Below, one piece after another: positions 49,081 through 59,023 of a DNA stretch of 64,000 nt. Under the pieces are notes generated by a model. That model was not told the origin of the DNA. It did not search any database and saw nothing but the letters and a program-made list of their open reading frames with translations. This DNA comes from Candidatus Kaiserbacteria bacterium (GTDB lineage Bacteria; Patescibacteriota; Minisyncoccia; Phycocordibacterales; UBA2100): positions 23,231-87,230 of the forward strand of contig CP070993.1 of assembly GCA_017134395.1 (NCBI GenBank), in the 5' to 3' direction. Position numbers and translations under genes: made by a program. Numbering within the stretch: the first letter of the stretch is position 1; each line of letters starts with the position of its first letter.

Positions 49081-49905
49081 ATGCTTGAGGCTGCCATTTT
49101 TTCACATATTGCATTGGGAATCGTACAGGGATTAACAGAATTCCTGCCCATTTCTTCATCCGGACATCTTATCCTGACACATCAGTTATTAGGTTCTGTT
49201 GGTGATTTCGATTTGGCGTTTGATGCGTTACTGCATTTCGCTACTGCCACTGCAATTGTTGTTTATTTTTGGAGAGATATTTATACGCTCATTCTTTCGG
49301 CACTTGCGATTCCTAGGAAACTGCTTTCTCGTCAGAATCTTGCTGCTAATGAGGAGGTTGTTTTAGCACTTGTTGCAGGAACAATTCCGGCGGTTATATT
49401 AGGACTCGTTTTAGAAGAAAGCATGGCGACACTCTTTCGTAACCCATTGTTAGTAGCAGGAGCACTTATTTTTGGGTCAGCGATTATGTTTTCAGCCGAA
49501 CGATACACTGGTCTACTTACCAGGTTTACGTCAGTAGCTTATGGATGGAAGCGCGGTCTTATAATTGGACTTTTCCAATCGTTAGCGCTGATCCCTGGAA
49601 CAAGTCGCTCTGGGATGACTATTTCAGCCGGTATGCTTTTTGGTATGGCACGAGGCGAAGCAGCGCGATTTGGATTCTTGCTTGGCGTACCGCTACTACT
49701 AGGTGCTGGAGCAAAAAAAGCACTTGAGCTTGGGATAGGGGAGATAACTATTCATATGATAACGGGAACAGTGACTGCGTTCATTGTTGCTCTTTTGGTA
49801 ATTCACTTATTGCTCAAGTTCCTACAAAACAATACGTTATACGTATTCATTGTGTATAGGTTGTTACTTGCGGCAGGAATAGTTCTCGCCACCCTTCTTT
49901 TTTAG
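49081..49905 (+). CDS. uppP: undecaprenyl-diphosphatase
   Basis: GIVQGLTEFLPISSSGHL, PGTSRSGMTI. Confidence 0.96.
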   Translation: MLEAAIFSHIALGIVQGLTEFLPISSSGHLILTHQLLGSVGDFDLAFDALLHFATATAIVVYFWRDIYTLILSALAIPRKLLSRQNLAANEEVVLALVAGTIPAVILGLVLEESMATLFRNPLLVAGALIFGSAIMFSAERYTGLLTRFTSVAYGWKRGLIIGLFQSLALIPGTSRSGMTISAGMLFGMARGEAARFGFLLGVPLLLGAGAKKALELGIGEITIHMITGTVTAFIVALLVIHLLLKFLQNNTLYVFIVYRLLLAAGIVLATLLF

Positions 49906-49910
49906 GAATA

Positions 49911-50486
49911 TTAAAAAGGTAATGTGTGAGTGAGTGATGAGTCTTCCTTTTCCTCCCAGTCTTTTGTATCGAGTAGAATATCTTTCATTTTTCCAAGGTC
50001 TGCATATTTCACTTTTCCATTTTTAAGAGCGTAATCGTAAATGTCTTTTGTGACTTTTACATCTTGAATACAGTAGTCGATAACTTTTTGACGTTCGCCG
50101 TCTCTCCACCACTTAATTGCTTGGAGTCCATTTCCGCTCTTCTGTGTTCCAAGGGTTGCTTTGGCAACTGAATCGAGCTTTATACGCCGTCCGAGAGAAC
50201 CATGGATTTCTTTTAGTAAGTCTAGACTTTTTATGTGAGTAAGATCACCAGGGTAGTATTTATTAAGTAGTGGAATATCAAAATGATCTGAGTTATAACC
50301 GATGAGCATATCGGCGCTTTCTATGTATTTCCACAGATCAGCGAAATCTTCTTGCAGGAAAGACAGATACTGGTCTGTTTCTGAGTCATGAATACATACA
50401 ACTGATATATCCAAAGCTGCCGGATCGCCTGAACCAACATCAGAAAATAGGTTACTCGTTTCAATGTCAAAAACGATTTTGCGCAT
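49911..50486 (-). CDS. RNase H-like/DEDD 3'-5' exonuclease domain protein (YprB-like)
   Basis: VFDIET, GYNSDHFD, YCIQDV. Confidence 0.85.
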   Translation of the reverse strand: MRKIVFDIETSNLFSDVGSGDPAALDISVVCIHDSETDQYLSFLQEDFADLWKYIESADMLIGYNSDHFDIPLLNKYYPGDLTHIKSLDLLKEIHGSLGRRIKLDSVAKATLGTQKSGNGLQAIKWWRDGERQKVIDYCIQDVKVTKDIYDYALKNGKVKYADLGKMKDILLDTKDWEEKEDSSLTHTLPF

Positions 50487-50514
50487 GTGCGAGAGTATAC
50501 CACACTAGGTGTGG

Positions 50515-51759
50515 CTAGATTTCTTGTGTAAATATGTGATCAGCAACAGCGTCGACAGGTAGTTCTTTTTGGTCGCCACTAGAAAGGTGCTTTACTGTAA
50601 GAGTTTCGCTTTCCATTTCTTGTTTGCCAATACAGCTTACGAAAGGAATTCCTTTCTTATCCGCCATCTTTATTTGATCACCTGCTTTTTTATACGAATA
50701 GTTTACTGCAACGTTCATATCTTGTTCTCGAAGTGTTTGTGCAACAGAGTCAGAAAATTGGGCCGCTGACTCATCAAGGACGCAAAGCATTATGTCTGTT
50801 GGTGATACGTATTCAGGAAGAAGATTATGTGTTTCAAGGAAATCTTTGATAGTAACGTCTCCCATGCCAAAACCTACCGTTGGAATTTTATCGGTTCCGA
50901 ATATTTCTAAGAGATTGTCGTAGCGACCACCACCAAATAGTGAGCGGTTGTTTTCTGGAGAAGTGTCGAACACTTCGAAAACCATACCTGTGTAGTAATC
51001 GAAGCCTCTTGTAATAGAAGTATCTATAACGACATTCTCAATCCCAAGTCCTTTAAGGCGTTCACGAAGTTCTTCAAGAAGTACGTTACTTGCTGCACTG
51101 TCTAGAAGTTCTAATAAAATAGTTGCTTTCTCGCCAGTAAGTGCTGTTAGCTCGCTTTCGAAGTTGTCTATCTTTGCGCGTCGATCCAGTAACGACACAA
51201 TACCTTTACGAGTTCCTGCATCAATATCTGCTTCGTCAAAGATGCTATCAAATACACGTCGGTCGTTTAGCCGAATTTCGAAATCCTCATTAGAAGCACC
51301 AAAAGCTTTCATTAAGGAGTTTGCGAGAGTAATTATTTCAGAATCAGCTTCTATTCCAGAGAGGCCAAAAAGGTCTGCATTAAGTTGCCAGAATTCTCGG
51401 AGGCGTCCTCGTTGCATACGCTCGTATCGAAAGCAGTTTGGTGTTGAGTACCAACGTAATGGGAAACCAAGCTCTCGTTGTTGTCGTGCAACCATGCGAG
51501 CAACGGTAGGTGTCATTTCAGGTCGTAGCGTTACTTCACGACCACCTCTGTCTTCAAACGTATACGTTTGCTCGTTCACTATCTCGTCGCTAGTTTTGCT
51601 TTTGTATAACTCAGAAGGTTCTAGTATAGAAGCGGCGTAAGGTTCGTATCCAAATCCTTCGCATACCTGTGCCCATGTATTAAGAATGTAGTCGTGGATA
51701 AATTTATCGCGTGGATAAAAATCGCGTACTCCTTTGTAGCTGTCAGTTGAGAGTTTCAT
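50515..51759 (-). CDS. hisS: histidine--tRNA ligase
   Basis: KGVRDFYP, LRPEMTPTVAR, FRYERMQRGRLREFWQ, RGFDYYTGMVFE, GGGRYD. Confidence 0.97.
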   Translation of the reverse strand: MKLSTDSYKGVRDFYPRDKFIHDYILNTWAQVCEGFGYEPYAASILEPSELYKSKTSDEIVNEQTYTFEDRGGREVTLRPEMTPTVARMVARQQRELGFPLRWYSTPNCFRYERMQRGRLREFWQLNADLFGLSGIEADSEIITLANSLMKAFGASNEDFEIRLNDRRVFDSIFDEADIDAGTRKGIVSLLDRRAKIDNFESELTALTGEKATILLELLDSAASNVLLEELRERLKGLGIENVVIDTSITRGFDYYTGMVFEVFDTSPENNRSLFGGGRYDNLLEIFGTDKIPTVGFGMGDVTIKDFLETHNLLPEYVSPTDIMLCVLDESAAQFSDSVAQTLREQDMNVAVNYSYKKAGDQIKMADKKGIPFVSCIGKQEMESETLTVKHLSSGDQKELPVDAVADHIFTQEI

Positions 51760-51828
51760 TAAACGCAATAGTAGCAAAAAAGCATAGTTCTGTCTTGCTA
51801 ATTGCTTAAGGTTATATACTATTTAATT

Positions 51829-53097
51829 ATGAAAAAGATTTATCTAATTGTAGCTTTAGTTTTTTTAATAGCCCTACCTTCTCAAGGTAATGCTGCTGAG
51901 TATTACGAATGTTTTGTCACTGCAGATGTAACAAGAGGTACTGAATGTAGTAATTTAGGGGGAGTAGCACATTCTTGTCAGTTGTATGGGGGGTATAGTG
52001 GTTCAGGAGTACCTTCGGAATGTTCGAGTACTTGTTTACAACGTAGTGGCATTCCAGAACATTGTGCATCTGTAACAGTCCGTCCGTCTAATAACCCGGA
52101 AGCACACCAAGGGAGAAATCAGATTCAGGATGAAATAGGAATTGATATAGACTCTTTAAAGGGGATTGAAGCTGAAGTTCGCGATCGGCTTGCTGGTTTA
52201 GAGAATGAAATAAATACGGAAGATGGTGTAGATGCTGAAGAAGTTCAGTATGTTGTTGGGAAAATAGTAGAAGCAATTAACGATATTCTAAAGGAGCGTT
52301 CCTTGAGTGCTGTTGATGTAGTTAAAGATAAGGTTGTAGAGGCAAAAGAGAAAATTATAAATATACTCCCTGGAGATAATTCTGATGCAGACGACGGGAT
52401 AACGGATTTTGATTTTGAAGAAGAAGATCCTTTTGCTGCGACTGGGTTAGATGCTGTTAAACCTGGAGGATACGATTTTGATACATGGCCAGATGAGAAC
52501 GGAACAAAGATAGCTAAAATAGTTGATGCATACGGAATCGAAAGGTATACAAGTGACGGGGAGCACTTCTATGACAAACCGTACGATGCTGCACATTCAG
52601 GTTCTGGAGTTAGTGCAGTATGGAATGGTGCAAAAGATACTCTTTCGGATGTAGGAGATTGGTTCTGGAAAACAAAAGACGCAGATAAAAATAAACAACT
52701 TCAAGATGATATTGCACGCGAAGTACTTTCAGATACCAAGAGTAAAAAAGAGAAGGACGTAGAGAAAGCATATGAAAAATATGCTGACAAAATAAAAACT
52801 CCAATGTTTGGAGATGTTCCTGCCAAGGCTGTCATAGAGGTTATGAAAGAGGTTTCTGAAAAAGACTTCGCTTCAGCTGCCCAAGTTTATATAGAGGAAA
52901 GAGAGAAGGGTAATTCTCCAGCTGTTATACGCGAGAATAATTCTACTACTCTTTCAGAGGGATATGGTACTTTCGGGAATCAAGGAGGAGTATCTCAAGT
53001 TACTGCAAATAAATATGCTCCAGCAGTTTTGTATGCTCGATACGAAGAAGTCTACCAGCGATACGAAATTGCTAAAGAACTCGGACGAACAGAGTAA
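51829..53097 (+). CDS. hypothetical secreted protein with Cys-rich N-terminal domain
   Basis: Signal peptide MKKIYLIVALVFLIALPSQGNA; 6 Cys in about 55 aa; acidic helical remainder. Confidence 0.75.
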   Translation: MKKIYLIVALVFLIALPSQGNAAEYYECFVTADVTRGTECSNLGGVAHSCQLYGGYSGSGVPSECSSTCLQRSGIPEHCASVTVRPSNNPEAHQGRNQIQDEIGIDIDSLKGIEAEVRDRLAGLENEINTEDGVDAEEVQYVVGKIVEAINDILKERSLSAVDVVKDKVVEAKEKIINILPGDNSDADDGITDFDFEEEDPFAATGLDAVKPGGYDFDTWPDENGTKIAKIVDAYGIERYTSDGEHFYDKPYDAAHSGSGVSAVWNGAKDTLSDVGDWFWKTKDADKNKQLQDDIAREVLSDTKSKKEKDVEKAYEKYADKIKTPMFGDVPAKAVIEVMKEVSEKDFASAAQVYIEEREKGNSPAVIRENNSTTLSEGYGTFGNQGGVSQVTANKYAPAVLYARYEEVYQRYEIAKELGRTE

Positions 53098-53099
53098 AT

Positions 53100-53669
53100 T
53101 TAGACTCCTTCTGGTGGACGTTCTTCGGTGTTGTATTCTAGCTCACTCTTATGCTCGGTTACCATATCAACACGCTCTAGGATGGAGTTTCGTACCTGGC
53201 TTGCATGCGGGATGCCTTCAATTAGGTAAAAAGCTGCTTCTGGTCCAGCTGTTTGTACTTGAAGGTTTCCAAAGCTAAAGAGGGTTGCAAAGAAGCCATG
53301 TGTTTCTACCTTTATATCTTGCACACGCTCAATACGAAGTGTAGAGACTTCTCTGCGAAACAAGTGGAGTTGATTGATATTGATAATCCGTTTATCAGTC
53401 ACTATCCAAATATCTAGGTAATAGTTGGTCCATATAGTAAATATCATCATCCAAATAACAAGAAGCCATACTGCTGTAAGGAAAGTGGCAAGTGCTGGGT
53501 GTACTGATATATAAGGAGCGAGAAATATAACGAGGATAAACGGGACTATTCCAACAAGGATTACAGGAAGGGCTTCAATCATTTGTACGAACCAATGCTT
53601 ACGTACCACAAGAAGCATTTTTTCATCTGGCTGCATGTGAATATTTTTCTGTAATACGATGTGCTTCAT
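53100..53669 (-). CDS. bacterial PH-domain membrane protein
   Basis: Two TMs, then WIVTDKRII...IERVQDI...FGNLQVQTAG. Confidence 0.85.
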   Translation of the reverse strand: MKHIVLQKNIHMQPDEKMLLVVRKHWFVQMIEALPVILVGIVPFILVIFLAPYISVHPALATFLTAVWLLVIWMMIFTIWTNYYLDIWIVTDKRIININQLHLFRREVSTLRIERVQDIKVETHGFFATLFSFGNLQVQTAGPEAAFYLIEGIPHASQVRNSILERVDMVTEHKSELEYNTEERPPEGV

Positions 53670-53671
53670 AC

Positions 53672-53905
53672 TTATAGTGAAATGAGAGTAAAGAAACTTG
53701 TGGTCATAAAGATAAGGAATACTACACTGAGTGTTACATATAGTATGGTTACACCAATTGCGGTTCGTGGGCGCATGCTAAATGAAAACCAGTGAAATAT
53801 TAGTACTGCACTATAGAGTAGAAAAATGACTACAATTCCATAAAAAAGTATTTCCCATAGAGAAGAATCAGTACTTGCTGCAGCTGCACTTGTGAAAATA
53901 TCCAT
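53672..53905 (-). CDS. small two-TM membrane protein
   Basis: TATAAT 7 nt upstream of the ATG; two hydrophobic helices; abuts the PH-domain gene. Confidence 0.65.
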   Translation of the reverse strand: MDIFTSAAAASTDSSLWEILFYGIVVIFLLYSAVLIFHWFSFSMRPRTAIGVTILYVTLSVVFLIFMTTSFFTLISL

Positions 53906-53929
53906 TGTGCTTATTATAGTACAGATTAT

Positions 53930-54322
53930 ATGAGTAAAGAACAAAAAAGTTTTAAAGTTAAGAGAGCAGCTGCGGGAATGGGGCTCGGACTTTTTGCATC
54001 ACGTCCAATAAAGAAAGGGGAGTTTATTGTGGAATACAAGGGAGAGCTAATTAGTGCAGCTGAAGCAGAAACACGTCTGACACGGTATCTTTTTGAAATT
54101 GATGACAACTACACTATTGATGGAGCAGCGAGGGACAATATTGCACGCTATATGAACCACCTATGTGATCCAAATGTGGAGGCAGAAATAGAAGCTGGCG
54201 AAATCAAGTTTTATGCACTAAAAGATATAGAAGAAGGAGATGAGTTAGGATACGATTACGGCGAAGAATATGTAGATGAATTCATCAAGCCATATGGCTG
54301 TAAATGCTCACATTGTAGTTAG
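53930..54322 (+). CDS. SET-domain methyltransferase
   Basis: GLGLFA, ARYMNHLCDPN, ELGYDY, post-SET CKCSHC. Confidence 0.92.
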   Translation: MSKEQKSFKVKRAAAGMGLGLFASRPIKKGEFIVEYKGELISAAEAETRLTRYLFEIDDNYTIDGAARDNIARYMNHLCDPNVEAEIEAGEIKFYALKDIEEGDELGYDYGEEYVDEFIKPYGCKCSHCS

Positions 54323-54417
54323 TTAAACAGAGGCAAAATTTCTTGAAACCTACATAAATACAATGTAAGGTGCTTGTTAGAATAGTGTCTTAACAACTGA
54401 ATAAAGGAGTGCTACAA

Positions 54418-55533
54418 ATGTTGAAATCGAAAATAGTTTCGTCGCTTGATGCTTCCGGTATAACTGTTGGTGGCTATGGTAAGCACGATATTCATATCTG
54501 TGACGAGCGTACTTATAAAGCAATACTCAGAGGTACTCTTGGTATGGGTGAAGCGTACATGAATGGGTGGTGGTACGCGAACGATATTGATGCGTTCGTT
54601 TCGCATGCTGTTAAAAGCATGTTTGGCAGAAGTCTGTCTGCAACCAATCTCGTTAAGTTTGCACTACTGTCGCAAATAAGAAATGCACAAAGAGTAGCGC
54701 GTGCGTTCGCTGTTGCGGAAGAGCACTACGATCTTCATCCGGAGATTTACAGTGCGATGCTTGATGAGCGTATGACCTACACATGTGGGTACTATGGTCG
54801 AGGAGCCAAGACATTGGATCAAGCGCAGTTTGATAAGCTTGATCTTGTATGTGAGAAACTAGGTTTAAAACCTGGTGATCGGGTGCTTGATATAGGTTGC
54901 GGTTTCGGTTCATTCGCAGAGTTCGCAGCAAAAAATTACGACGTCAATGTCACAGGAGCAACAGTATCTGAAGGTCAATTAGTGGTTGCAAAGCAGCGCA
55001 CACAAGGGCTTCCAGTACAATATCTTTTACAAGATTACCGGAAACTCGACGGAGAGCAATTCGACCATATAGTTTCTATCGGTATGTTTGAAGCTGTTGG
55101 CTACAAAAACTACGTCGAATTTATGAAAGTGGCTGATCGAATGCTTAAGCCCGGAGGTACGTTCTTGCTTCACACGATCGGTATGGCTACTTCTGAAACT
55201 TGTGGGGACCCATGGTTCGATAAGTATATTTTCCCTAACGGGATGATGCCTTCACTTGCACAGATTACTAAAGCGATCGAAGGACGCTTCATTGTTGAAG
55301 ATTGGCACAGTTTTGGAGAAGATTACGATACAACACTCATGGAGTGGTGGAAAAACTTTAACCGTGCATGGCGCAGTGAATCGTTTACTCAAGAATACGA
55401 TGAGCGATTTTATCGCATGTGGAAGCTATATCTTCGCGGTAGTGCTGGACTCTTTCGAGCTCGACACTTGCAACTTTGGCAATTCGTATTTACACGGGGT
55501 GATGCTCCAAGTAAACGTGTAACCATTCGTTGA
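54418..55533 (+). CDS. cfa: cyclopropane-fatty-acyl-phospholipid synthase
   Basis: LGMGEAYMNGWW, HYDL, VLDIGCGFG, SIGMFEAVG, KYIFPNG, RFYRMW. Confidence 0.93.
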   Translation: MLKSKIVSSLDASGITVGGYGKHDIHICDERTYKAILRGTLGMGEAYMNGWWYANDIDAFVSHAVKSMFGRSLSATNLVKFALLSQIRNAQRVARAFAVAEEHYDLHPEIYSAMLDERMTYTCGYYGRGAKTLDQAQFDKLDLVCEKLGLKPGDRVLDIGCGFGSFAEFAAKNYDVNVTGATVSEGQLVVAKQRTQGLPVQYLLQDYRKLDGEQFDHIVSIGMFEAVGYKNYVEFMKVADRMLKPGGTFLLHTIGMATSETCGDPWFDKYIFPNGMMPSLAQITKAIEGRFIVEDWHSFGEDYDTTLMEWWKNFNRAWRSESFTQEYDERFYRMWKLYLRGSAGLFRARHLQLWQFVFTRGDAPSKRVTIR

Positions 55534-55579
55534 GATCTGCAGTACAATATTTAAAAGGCGACCTATTAGGCCGCCTTTT

Positions 55580-56092
55580 TTATTTGCATGAACCCCAAAG
55601 TCCAAATTTCTGCTCCTTTGATTTCTGCTCGAGTTCTTTCAGTGTCTCGCTAAGTGCGGTATCGGGGGGATATGCTTTAGCCACCGCATGGCCTTCATGT
55701 ACTAAAATTTCGTTAATTGATGTTTCTTCGTGAATTGAAGAAAGAGGGTCATCTATATATACATATCGCAGCAATCGTTCATATTTATCTACGTTAGAAA
55801 TATCAGCCACTAGTCGCACTTGTTTATTAAGAAGCAATTGCTGAGCTCGGGATTTTGATTCAATCGCGAAGCAGTCCGACTGAGTGCTGCTTGTTAATTC
55901 TGGCGCATCAATCCCGATAAGGCGAACCTTCTTGTCATTTGAAACAACTATAGTGTCTCCGTCTATAACATTTGTAACAGTTGTATACTCACCACCTAGA
56001 GTATGAGGCTCATTAATTGTTTGCGTTGTAGCAGCCCATAAGGCAAACGCAATAAGTGAAAGAAGGAATGCGATTATTATTCTCCATGCCAT
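55580..56092 (-). CDS. thermonuclease (SNase-like), membrane-anchored
   Basis: VIDGDTI, VRLIGIDAPE, DKYERLLRYV, GLW. Confidence 0.92.
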   Translation of the reverse strand: MAWRIIIAFLLSLIAFALWAATTQTINEPHTLGGEYTTVTNVIDGDTIVVSNDKKVRLIGIDAPELTSSTQSDCFAIESKSRAQQLLLNKQVRLVADISNVDKYERLLRYVYIDDPLSSIHEETSINEILVHEGHAVAKAYPPDTALSETLKELEQKSKEQKFGLWGSCK

Positions 56093-56117
56093 GAGAGCAT
56101 TATACTGTGAATAACAT

Positions 56118-56879
56118 CTATTCTCTAATGCGCCACCCTGTTTGGAATATTTTCCACACAGAGAAGCCGAGAACAACTATTAGGGTAACTATAAGTGTCG
56201 CACCAGCTATTAAATTTGCATCATGAATACCTGTCATTGCATAACGTACGCCGTCTACAAAATAAAAGAATGGGTTTAATAGAGTTATTTTTTGAGCAAT
56301 AGGTGGGAGCATATCAAGAGTGTAGAACATTCCTCCTAAGAAAGAGAAAGGCATAATAATAAATGTGCTCAAGATGTTTAGTTGCTCAAAACTTTTTGCT
56401 ACAAGTCCAGTAATTATTCCAAGAAGACCAAATATTATTGATATACCAAGTATGTAGAAAATAAATAAAGGAAGACTATACATACTTACAGCACCAAAGA
56501 GCATTCCAACCAGCAAGATAACCACTCCCACAGTAAGTGCACGAGCAACGGCGCTCAGTACTGTTCCAAACATTATCTCAAAGTAAGAAAGTGGAGATAC
56601 TAGTAACTCCTCAATTGTGCGAGCCCATTTTGCAAAGTATACGTTGCTAGAAGCCTGAGAGAACGATGAGGTAAGTACGTTCATTATTAAAATACCTGGG
56701 AAAACGAAAATAATGTACGAAACACCACCAATTTCATCAATTCGTGCACCAACAACCGATCCAAATACGAACACAAATAGTGTGGCAGAAATAAGTGGAC
56801 TAAAGATAGTTTGAACAACAACACGAAATGTTCGTTCGATCTCTCGGCGCATCAATGTATATAATCCTACCCAGTTCAT
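56118..56879 (-). CDS. ABC-2 type transporter permease (YadH-like)
   Basis: 6 TMs, REIERTFR, LGGMFY, NPFFYFVDGVRY. Confidence 0.9.
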   Translation of the reverse strand: MNWVGLYTLMRREIERTFRVVVQTIFSPLISATLFVFVFGSVVGARIDEIGGVSYIIFVFPGILIMNVLTSSFSQASSNVYFAKWARTIEELLVSPLSYFEIMFGTVLSAVARALTVGVVILLVGMLFGAVSMYSLPLFIFYILGISIIFGLLGIITGLVAKSFEQLNILSTFIIMPFSFLGGMFYTLDMLPPIAQKITLLNPFFYFVDGVRYAMTGIHDANLIAGATLIVTLIVVLGFSVWKIFQTGWRIRE

Positions 56880-57610
56880 ACAACATCTTTTTTACCCGTT
56901 AATTCAAGATAGACATCTTCAAGTTTTTTACCACCTGCAAGCATCTTTTCTTTTGAACCTTGCGCAATTATTTTTCCGTCGGAAATAAATGCGAATCGGT
57001 CGGCTAGAAGCTCGACTTCTTCAAGGTAATGAGAAGTAAGAACAATTGTTTTACCTTCTTTGGAGAGCTGTTGCAGGTAGCTCCAAAGTTCTCGTCGTAA
57101 TTCAACGTCCACTCCTGCAGTCGGCTCATCTAGAATAAGAAGCTCAGGATCGTGTACAAGTGCACGCGCAAGAATAACTCGACGTTTCAAGCCGCCAGAA
57201 AGATCCATAAATGGTTTATTGCGATGTTTCTGTAAGTCGAATTGTGTGAGCAGTTCTTCAATACGTTCTTTTCGTTGAGAGGCTCTCATTCCATAATATC
57301 CAGCTGCGTAGTCTAGAAGCTTATCTACCTTTCCAAAGATGTCGATATTAAATTCCTGAGGAGCTATGCCAAGTGTCTTTCGCGATTCGCGGTAATCTTT
57401 TTCTACGTCTAATCCGAAAGTCTTAATGGTTCCGCTGGTGATTTTATTCACACCAACTATACAATTGATAGTTGTCGATTTTCCTGCACCGTTTGGACCA
57501 AGAAGTCCCAAGAAAGCACCCTTCGGAACAGTAAGAGAAAGGTCATTTACAGCGACAGTGTCCCCGTATGATTTATGTAAATTAGTTATCTCCAGTGCTA
57601 GTGTTTCCAT
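56876..57610 (-). CDS. ABC transporter ATP-binding protein (YadG-like)
   Basis: GPNGAGKST, LSGG, ILDEPTAGVD, TSHY. Confidence 0.93.
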   Translation of the reverse strand: METLALEITNLHKSYGDTVAVNDLSLTVPKGAFLGLLGPNGAGKSTTINCIVGVNKITSGTIKTFGLDVEKDYRESRKTLGIAPQEFNIDIFGKVDKLLDYAAGYYGMRASQRKERIEELLTQFDLQKHRNKPFMDLSGGLKRRVILARALVHDPELLILDEPTAGVDVELRRELWSYLQQLSKEGKTIVLTSHYLEEVELLADRFAFISDGKIIAQGSKEKMLAGGKKLEDVYLELTGKKDVV

Positions 57611-57735
57611 GATGCGGCAGTATATCATACATGCTATTGTTTAGACGGTTTTCACGTGTGGTTTGTTTGCAGAGTTTTAGTATGCAGCAATCGAGTCGAA
57701 CTGGAGACATACTACTAGCAACAAATCATTTCAAA

Positions 57736-58017
57736 ATGAACGACGAAAGAAAAATGTTCACCGGTGATTGGAAATGTGGTGGATGTGGAGCTGCAATTAC
57801 AGAGCTTCCATTCCAGCCAGATCCAGCACGAGAGGGTTCACTTATGTGCCGCGACTGTCACAAGAAGCGCCAGAGTGATAGCCCAGCCGGTGGAAGCGAC
57901 CGTCAGATGTTTGAAGGTAACTGGTCATGTGCTGATTGTGGAGGAGCTATAACAAGCTTGCCATTTGAACCACGAGACACTGGCAACCTTAAATGTCGCG
58001 ATTGTTTCCGTAAATAA
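57736..58017 (+). CDS. tandem CxxC-x17-CxxC zinc-ribbon protein
   Basis: Two copies of R-x-MF-x-G-x-W-x-CxxCG-x-AIT-x-LPF-x-P...CRDC; terminator at 58016-58053. Confidence 0.85.
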   Translation: MNDERKMFTGDWKCGGCGAAITELPFQPDPAREGSLMCRDCHKKRQSDSPAGGSDRQMFEGNWSCADCGGAITSLPFEPRDTGNLKCRDCFRK

Positions 58018-58088
58018 TTTAAAACGCCTCACGAGAGTGAGGCGTTTTAAATTGTGCACTCGGTACGCGCAGACTATACTATTTTTAT

Positions 58089-58754
58089 ATGAACATATCT
58101 GTACTAAGTAAGGGGTGGCAAAAGCATCTTGCTGAAGAATCTAGCGAGTCATATTACAAAGAACTTACTGCGTTTGTGAATTCTGAATATAGTAATGCAG
58201 AAGTGTATCCGGACGAGGAAAATATATTTCGCTCACTTGACCTCTGTCCTTTTGAAAAAGTGAAAGTAGTAATACTCGGACAAGATCCTTACCATGGTGA
58301 TGGGCAAGCTAACGGTCTTTGTTTTGCGGTAAATGAAAATGTTAAATCGCCACCATCGCTTAGGAATATATTCAAAGAACTAGAGGGCGACCTCGGTAAG
58401 GAGGTCGAGAAAACAGGTGATTTAGAACGATGGGCGAAACAGGGAGTTTTACTATTAAACGCAACACTTACCGTTCGTGCATCTAAACCGGGAAGTCATC
58501 AAAAGAAGGGTTGGGAGGAGTTTACAGATAAAGTGATACAGAAACTTTCTGACGAGCGTAAAGGACTTGTATTTATATTGTGGGGGAACTACGCAAAAGA
58601 GAAGGGCAAGAATATTGATGTAAAAAAACACCTTGTTTTAAGCGCACCACATCCTTCGCCATTTTCAGCACATTCAGGTTTTTTTGGGTGCAAGCATTTT
58701 AGTAAGACAAATGAATACCTAAAGACTAGAGGTAAAAAGGAAATAGACTGGTAG
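58089..58754 (+). CDS. ung: uracil-DNA glycosylase (family 1)
   Basis: GQDPYH, PPSLRNI, GVLLLN, HPSPFS. Confidence 0.97.
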   Translation: MNISVLSKGWQKHLAEESSESYYKELTAFVNSEYSNAEVYPDEENIFRSLDLCPFEKVKVVILGQDPYHGDGQANGLCFAVNENVKSPPSLRNIFKELEGDLGKEVEKTGDLERWAKQGVLLLNATLTVRASKPGSHQKKGWEEFTDKVIQKLSDERKGLVFILWGNYAKEKGKNIDVKKHLVLSAPHPSPFSAHSGFFGCKHFSKTNEYLKTRGKKEIDW

Positions 58755-58755
58755 G

Positions 58756-58971
58756 TTAGTCGATAGGGTGAGTATCTTCATTAGTACTCTCTCTTAGTAC
58801 TCGCTCTTCCTCGTTTCGTTGTTGTTCTCCAGAGACATACTTCCTCCAAATTTTTTCTTCATCTCTATTTCGTGCTCGTGTACGCCCGCCCTTTTTACGC
58901 ATGTTTTTGAGATGTTTTTCATCACCACGCTCCATTGCTTCGAGTACTTTTTTGGGAACCCCTTCTTTCAT
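58756..58971 (-). CDS. small charged hypothetical protein (KGG-like motif)
   Basis: 71-aa ORF, MRKKGGR motif, convergent with ung. Confidence 0.55.
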   Translation of the reverse strand: MKEGVPKKVLEAMERGDEKHLKNMRKKGGRTRARNRDEEKIWRKYVSGEQQRNEEERVLRESTNEDTHPID

Positions 58972-59023
58972 AGTTAAATAATTGCATACACGCTAATAAT
59001 TTCAATGTGGTAGGATTTTCACT

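Noticed and set aside
48290-58050. Shared GCCTCAC/GTGAGGC stems at 48296 and 58026
   Set aside because: Only 7-bp arms in ordinary terminators; insufficient for a repeat family.
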